NCBI GenBank assembly: GCA_902573115.1 | Contig: CACGIM010000001.1 | Coordinates: 46,396-110,395, forward strand | DNA length: 64,000 nt | Direction of reading: 5' to 3' | DNA from: an uncultured Candidatus Poseidoniales archaeon | Lineage (GTDB): Archaea > Thermoplasmatota > Poseidoniia > Poseidoniales > Thalassarchaeaceae | Shown here: in pieces, positions 62,907-64,000 of the stretch | Numbering within the stretch: position 1 is the first letter of the stretch | Layout: each line of letters starts with the position of its first letter | Notes under the pieces: generated by a model | Seen by the model: the letters and a program-made list of their open reading frames with translations, nothing else | What the model was told of the DNA's origin: nothing | Databases searched by the model: none | Made by a program: the position numbers and the translations under genes

Positions 62907-63108
62907 GCTATTCAGACTCATGCTCTTCGTATATCCACTCATCCGTTTCCAGCCGTAATTTCAGTACCATCATTTTCACACACACCACCGACCAAGCTAC
63001 CAAGGCAGCCCAGCGCGGTATTGTGTTTTCGAATCCTGCTTGGTTTAACTATTGCCCAAATTGAAACGATTATCGGCCAAACGTGAGTTATTCACCATGG
63101 AAATCCGA

Positions 63109-64000
63109 CTACTTTCTTCTTTCGAATTCCCTCTTTATCGGCCTAGGGCCCAATTGGAATGCTGTTATTAATCCCAAAATAGCCAATATCGACACCACGA
63201 TCATAACCGACAGGGTGTCGTTACTGCCATCGTCTATCTCCACTCTATCAACTCCAGAAATCATGGTTAGGAAGTTATTACCCTCCTGAGTCTCTTCTAT
63301 TTCATCAGTACCATCAATTCTAATTGAGAATGTGACTCCAGCCCCCCACTCTACTAGTTGTACATCGCAGATGGACATCTTGAGATCCCCTGGTGAAAGC
63401 TTGGCAATCGTGCCAGTCCCGACTAAGACGTCGTTCACCATACAATGAAACGTGATATTTTCTGCCCCTCCCCGTCCTTGATTTCTAATGAAACCAATCA
63501 ATTCGACTACTTCTCCGACATAGAGGTCCTCCCCGTCTATGCCCCCGACCCTAACCTCAATATCCTCAACTAGTAAATCTGGTTTTGCTGTCACCACAAT
63601 TTCAACATCTCTGGAGATTCCTGATGTCCCATCGTTGACAGAAATTGTGACCAAGTGATTTCCTGGCTCTACTGGATTAAATATGATCGTCCCATCTTGT
63701 TTAACGACTGCCCAAGATCTACTAGTAGTTATTACCAGACTATCAGAATCCGGATCATAAATAACCGGATTAATCGCGTACTCCTCGCCGAGCTCGATAT
63801 AGAGGATACTGGGCAAGAATTTAATCTCCGGGGAATCCGGCACAGCTTGAATTTCCACAATTATAGAACCCTCCCATTTGTTGCCCGCCTCGTCAATTAC
63901 TCTTACTGAAACTAAACCCTCTCCATTGGCATCTGAAACCGGCTCAATAGAAAGCAATGCCCCGTTTTCTTCCACTGAAAGCAGTGATTCATTAGAGCTT
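63109..64000 (-). CDS. Surface protein with cadherin/Ig-like and CARDB-like domains and a C-terminal TM anchor (5' end outside the window)
   Basis: The frame is open to the window edge. CARDB-like segment PDLLVEDIEV...GEVVELIGFIRNQGRGGAENITFHCMVNDVLVGTGTIAKLSPGD. TM helix LSVMIVVSILAILGLITAF is followed by the basic tail RPIKREFERRK. Confidence 0.65.
   Translation of the reverse strand, partial: SSNESLLSVEENGALLSIEPVSDANGEGLVSVRVIDEAGNKWEGSIIVEIQAVPDSPEIKFLPSILYIELGEEYAINPVIYDPDSDSLVITTSRSWAVVKQDGTIIFNPVEPGNHLVTISVNDGTSGISRDVEIVVTAKPDLLVEDIEVRVGGIDGEDLYVGEVVELIGFIRNQGRGGAENITFHCMVNDVLVGTGTIAKLSPGDLKMSICDVQLVEWGAGVTFSIRIDGTDEIEETQEGNNFLTMISGVDRVEIDDGSNDTLSVMIVVSILAILGLITAFQLGPRPIKREFERRK

Noticed and set aside
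1-64000. CRISPR arrays, transposases/IS elements, toxin-antitoxin or known defence-system genes
   Set aside because: None were recognised. The only nucleotide-level repeats are intragenic coding repeats. This visual scan cannot exclude short or degenerate elements.

Overview
Archaeal chromosomal window. Direct support for archaeal origin: aIF5A with a hypusine loop, aEF-1beta next to its COG2888-type Zn-ribbon partner, RpoL/Rpo11, TruD, a Cbf5-PUA fragment, an RNase P RNA and a PGF-CTERM sorting signal. Beta-oxidation genes, an anchored S8 protease and huge acidic Ca-binding surface proteins suggest a marine heterotrophic planktonic euryarchaeote (MGII/III-like Thermoplasmatota); that placement is inference only. 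About 39 kb (~61% of the window, from my coordinates) encodes five very large secreted or anchored proteins. Four lie in a co-directional minus-strand array: an S8 subtilase (~1,980 aa) and three adhesin-like proteins (1,222, 1,832 and ~3,609 aa). The fifth is a plus-strand ORF of more than 4,370 aa with 21 RCC1-type blades. Between them sits a compact housekeeping block: hbd, acyl-CoA dehydrogenase, asnS, rpiA, rlmE, a cupin, aEF-1beta, truD, rpoL, a DEAD-box helicase, two COG1033-type RND exporters, tRNA-Gln(UUG), tRNA-Lys(CUU) and RNase P RNA. I saw no CRISPR array, transposase, integrase or recognisable defence genes. Points most worth a second look: (1) the metazoan-ECM-like domain set (TSP3 loops, two-Cys LDL-receptor-A-like modules nested in MAM/lectin-like modules, an EF-hand) in the giant surface proteins; (2) an abrupt in-frame switch at ~62124 from the giant RCC1/propeller ORF into the catalytic-Asp motif of a 5'-truncated cbf5 (assembly chimera or real rearrangement); (3) truD has no canonical start codon and continues the rpoL frame across a single TAG; (4) an 826-aa head-less coiled-coil protein; (5) convergent genes abutting with 0-5 nt spacers. 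All domain calls come from reading motifs by eye, with no searches run.
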